IMG/VR virus record: IMGVR_UViG_3300037141_000279
Coordinates: 32,296 to 96,295 of that record
DNA: 64,000 nucleotides
Strand: one strand, 5' to 3'
Origin: a virus
The translations under genes were made by a program, and so were the position numbers. Below the pieces are notes generated by a model. It saw nothing but the letters and a program-made list of their open reading frames with translations. It had not been told where the DNA came from and searched no databases. Of this stretch, positions 60,849 through 64,000 are shown in pieces; within the stretch, counting starts at the first letter, position 1; each line of letters starts with the position of its first letter.

Positions 60849-61487
60849 CTAATACAGCAACGAAACTTGAACGCCGCAATTTGACGCCGCGCTCCCGAAG
60901 ATGAAAATTCGGTCGGCAGGAATGTTGCAGCCTTCGATCACGAGGGCCATCTGACCAGCCAACGTCAGCGCCGCCATGTATCGGGTTGCAGAGACGTTCA
61001 GATCGCCGACATAGACGATGTTGGTGCTGTTGGTCTGCGAACATTCCAAACGAACTGCGCGATAATGTTCGGACGGAGCGGCTGCGGTGTTGCCTGTGTC
61101 CGCCGTGACGCCAACGTCAGCGTGGTTGAAATAAAATCGGAACGAATCTGTGCTCGGATCGCAATCCAGCACGGTGACAGTGCATCCGTTGAAATACGTT
61201 GCGGTAGTCCAACCCCACAACGTCACTTGATTTCCCATTCCAGAAATACCTGGAGCAACGCCGCCATGAATATCAAATTTTGACCCTGTGGTTCCATTCT
61301 GTGTGGGGAACCCGTTAGCGCCATTATACCCCGTTTTTGGTAGCGCCCCTGAACCCAGTTTGATGGTGGCGATTCCGTTCAAAATCGAGAAGGACACGGC
61401 GATAAGCACAGGTCCAGAATATACTGGCGTTCTCCAGCCAGCAGTTGCAGGTGCCGCCACAATCCCGAGCGTCCTAATAGCTCCCAT
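60849..61487 (-). CDS. Probable virion protein
   Basis: Beta-rich; NSTNIVYVGD. Confidence 0.5.
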   Translation of the reverse strand: MGAIRTLGIVAAPATAGWRTPVYSGPVLIAVSFSILNGIATIKLGSGALPKTGYNGANGFPTQNGTTGSKFDIHGGVAPGISGMGNQVTLWGWTTATYFNGCTVTVLDCDPSTDSFRFYFNHADVGVTADTGNTAAAPSEHYRAVRLECSQTNSTNIVYVGDLNVSATRYMAALTLAGQMALVIEGCNIPADRIFIFGSAASNCGVQVSLLY

Positions 61488-61488
61488 G

Positions 61489-62019
61489 TTATTTCACCTC
61501 GTTAAACTGAACTACGCGTCGAGCCCAAGTTAAAAAATCAGATACTGAGTATGTAAGTTTCGCCTGATTGCATTTCTGACAACACGGCACGACATTGCCC
61601 AATACATACCCTTTAGTGTTATTCACTCGGTCGATCCCGTTGTATACAAAGGAGCCGTTATCTCCAGGGTTTGTTGATACCATAGCGGGCGCGCATCCGC
61701 AATATTGACATGCGGACTGAGTTAAACACTCAAAATCAACGTCGGACAGACCCCATTCAAAATCTCTCTCCCGAGCCGAAAACTTATATCGGCTAAGGAC
61801 ACTTCTTTTTGCAGAAACGCCCGGGTCTTTCGTCTTATATTTATTGGTGCAGCCACAACTTTTTGTCCCGCTTTTTCGCCGAGTGAGATTCGACGCAAGC
61901 ACCGTCGTGATGTCTCCGCAAGCGCAAGAACAAATCCAAGCCGCACGTCCTTTAAGGTCCCTAAGAAACCCTACGGCGGTCAGTTGGTTAAATACTCGTC
62001 CTGTTAAATCGATCATCAT
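61489..62019 (-). CDS. HNH homing endonuclease
   Basis: DLTGRVF, WICSCACG, SCGC, NGIDRVNNTKGY...NVVPCCQKCNQAK. Confidence 0.9.
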   Translation of the reverse strand: MMIDLTGRVFNQLTAVGFLRDLKGRAAWICSCACGDITTVLASNLTRRKSGTKSCGCTNKYKTKDPGVSAKRSVLSRYKFSARERDFEWGLSDVDFECLTQSACQYCGCAPAMVSTNPGDNGSFVYNGIDRVNNTKGYVLGNVVPCCQKCNQAKLTYSVSDFLTWARRVVQFNEVK

Positions 62020-63856
62020 TATGGTTTTATCACTCGTGCTGCGTCTCTAGCAATACCGCCTTCGGGGCGAATTTTCGGCGTCACGCGGACGCTGCCTTTT
62101 GTAATCGCCTTCGGAGACCCAGCCGCCGCTTTACTCGTGCCCGACGCATGCTTTAGATTACCTGCGTCAATATGCGCTGTCTTGTTTTCGGGGCGCAGTT
62201 TGGGTACGTTCGGCGTCTTGGTCATGCCTGGGCCGGATGCCACCAGACCCTTGATGCCTTTGAACACCGTCACCTGTTTCGGTGTGGGTGCCTTTTCACG
62301 TCCGCTGTTACCTTTTGCAGAAATCATTGTCTTACTCCTTAACTTTCTTTCCTGACTTTGCTAGAGATTTAAGCCCACTTGCCAGAATCGCGTGTTTTCT
62401 CGCCAATTTCGCTTCGGGCTCAGTAAGCACATGTTCACCAGCCTTCAACTGATATGCGCCATCGGACAGGACAGGGCCGCCGCTGTGCATCTTTGGCAAG
62501 CCTGCTGCTTGACGACCTTTTTGAACCATGCCTGCCTTGGCGTTCAATTCATCGCCCAGGGTTGGCGTAGCTTTTGCGGGGGCCGCGGGTGTAGCGGCAC
62601 CTGTTGCTGCTTTCGGACTCGGGAACGAGGTGTTCGCATGTGCGAGTGCAGCTTTGGCGTCACTAAGTGCGTCAGGCATTGTTCTATCCTTAGATGGGTA
62701 AACCCCCATCTACATATGGTTTGGAAAGTCTTATTTCATGGCTACGGTCTTATTGTGCCAGCGAATACAGGACAGCGAGGTCCCTGGCGAGTTGCTGCTG
62801 CAGACGAGTCAACGCCATGACGTTCTGCGGGGCGACAGGGAGAGAGGCGAGAATACCAGTAAACAGCACGACAGTGGCGACGACCGCAGCGATTTGATCG
62901 CTCAAATATAGATCAATGGGTAACGGTATCATATTGGCATCCGACGACAGGTAATTGATTATGCGCCCGTAGTTCATAGTCAATCGGTCAAGGATGGAAG
63001 GTTGTCCAGGCACTGAAAGGTCAAGGAGATACCGCGTCGGCAAACTGGTCGTCAGGAACGCCGCGCGGCGCGCAACAGTGATGCATGAAAATGTGGTGAC
63101 GGCTGCAACCAATTGATTGGTATATCGTGCTACTGGCGGCGGTGGAGCCTGTAAACGGGTGGCGATCAGCGCGGCTAACACGGAACGTCCATCAAGAGAT
63201 GGTTGGCCATGGTCACGGATGCGTTCGCGACTTTGGATTGCACCTGCGCCAGAAAAACGCTATTTTGCGATGTCGGGGAGATGGCCTGGACAATCGCGTT
63301 CAGATCGCAGATCGCTTGACCTGCGTCATTGATGATTTGCTGCCTGATGACGGCTTGATTCGGCACATCCTGGTGACAAATTTGATGGTACACACGAAGC
63401 AAGAGCGCATAATTCAACTGCAGCGCAGAAATTTGAGGAACGTTGGTCGTGAGATGTCTTGCGTTTCGGTTCGCGAAGATGCAGGCAAACACCGTTACTG
63501 CGGTCGTCTCTCGTCGCGAAAAAGGAAGCATAGGCTTACCTCTTGGCGTTCTTCCCTGGCTTCGATAGCCCAGCTTTTGACAACGCGATTGCGATCATCT
63601 GCTTCTGTTGCCCCTTGGCGGATTTGCTGGCGTCCACGGTCTTCGGTTTGTTGTGAAACACCTCGTGGAACGCGGCATCCTTACTCATCTTCGCCATGGG
63701 TTTTATCCTCGCGAGTTCTTTCGCATGCTGGCGCTCTTCGCCTTGAATATGCCGAATCACTTTGGCGTGCGGCGCAGGAACTTCGCGCGCTTTCTCGCCG
63801 TAATCTTTCACTGCCTGATGCTCATCGGCGATTAGATTAGAGATGGTCTTCGCCAT
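62019..63856 (-). CDS. Five hypothetical ORFs (62019-62327, 62332-62679, 62750-63181, 63175-63531, 63536-63856)
   Basis: Packed, co-oriented; the last has EE..H and KQMIAIALSKAG. Confidence 0.55.
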
Positions 63857-64000
63857 GACATACGCCCTCACTGTTGAATGAAAAGTCTTAAAAACCATAC
63901 CTCGGGGGTGCTTCGGGGGTTGGTGCACGTTCAATAACGGATTTCTTCTTGGGTTTGCGTGCAGCCTTCTCCGCATCAAGCACGCTTTGGGGGATGGTCC

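Larger units (their letters stand above)
5386..62730 (-). promoter_or_regulatory. Dispersed 20-bp late-promoter-like motif GACT-N7-CCATA(A/G)(G/A)T(G/A), 12 copies
   Basis: Copies start at 5386, 8481, 9206, 13890, 14645, 16723, 49845, 50933, 52589, 56212, 60815 and 62711; all co-oriented and upstream of start codons. Confidence 0.8.

Noticed and set aside
101-63840. Plus-strand ORFs in the track
   Set aside because: Nearly all are antisense shadows of minus-strand genes, with no recognisable motifs or RBS.

Overview
A 64-kb slice of a tailed dsDNA bacteriophage genome with a podovirus-like gene set; essentially all genes are on the minus strand. The right part (48-64 kb) holds terminase, portal, scaffold and major capsid genes. 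A tRNA cluster lies at 47.2-48.2 kb. A replication, recombination and nucleotide-metabolism block spans 21-46 kb (PolA, primase-helicase with an adjacent origin-like repeat tract, UvrD, SSB, ERF, RecA, class II RNR, MazG-like, DUF5664, Mom-like DNA modifier). Accessory genes and an endolysin occupy 14-21 kb, and tail/virion genes 1-14 kb. About 16 free-standing GIY-YIG/HNH/EndoVII endonuclease genes are scattered through the window. Most notable: (1) the Mom-family gene's mRNA begins with a tRNA-Gly-like cloverleaf that contains its own Shine-Dalgarno, start codon and first 20 codons; (2) two transposase-less gene cassettes with 22-bp terminal inverted repeats and 8-bp target duplications, both inserted 3 bp upstream of a TTGACA -35 box; (3) a 12-copy GACT-N7-CCATA late-promoter-like motif, half of whose copies sit directly in front of homing endonucleases; (4) a DUF3494 ice-binding domain inside a probable virion protein. 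Family assignments come from motif recognition by eye, not database searches.
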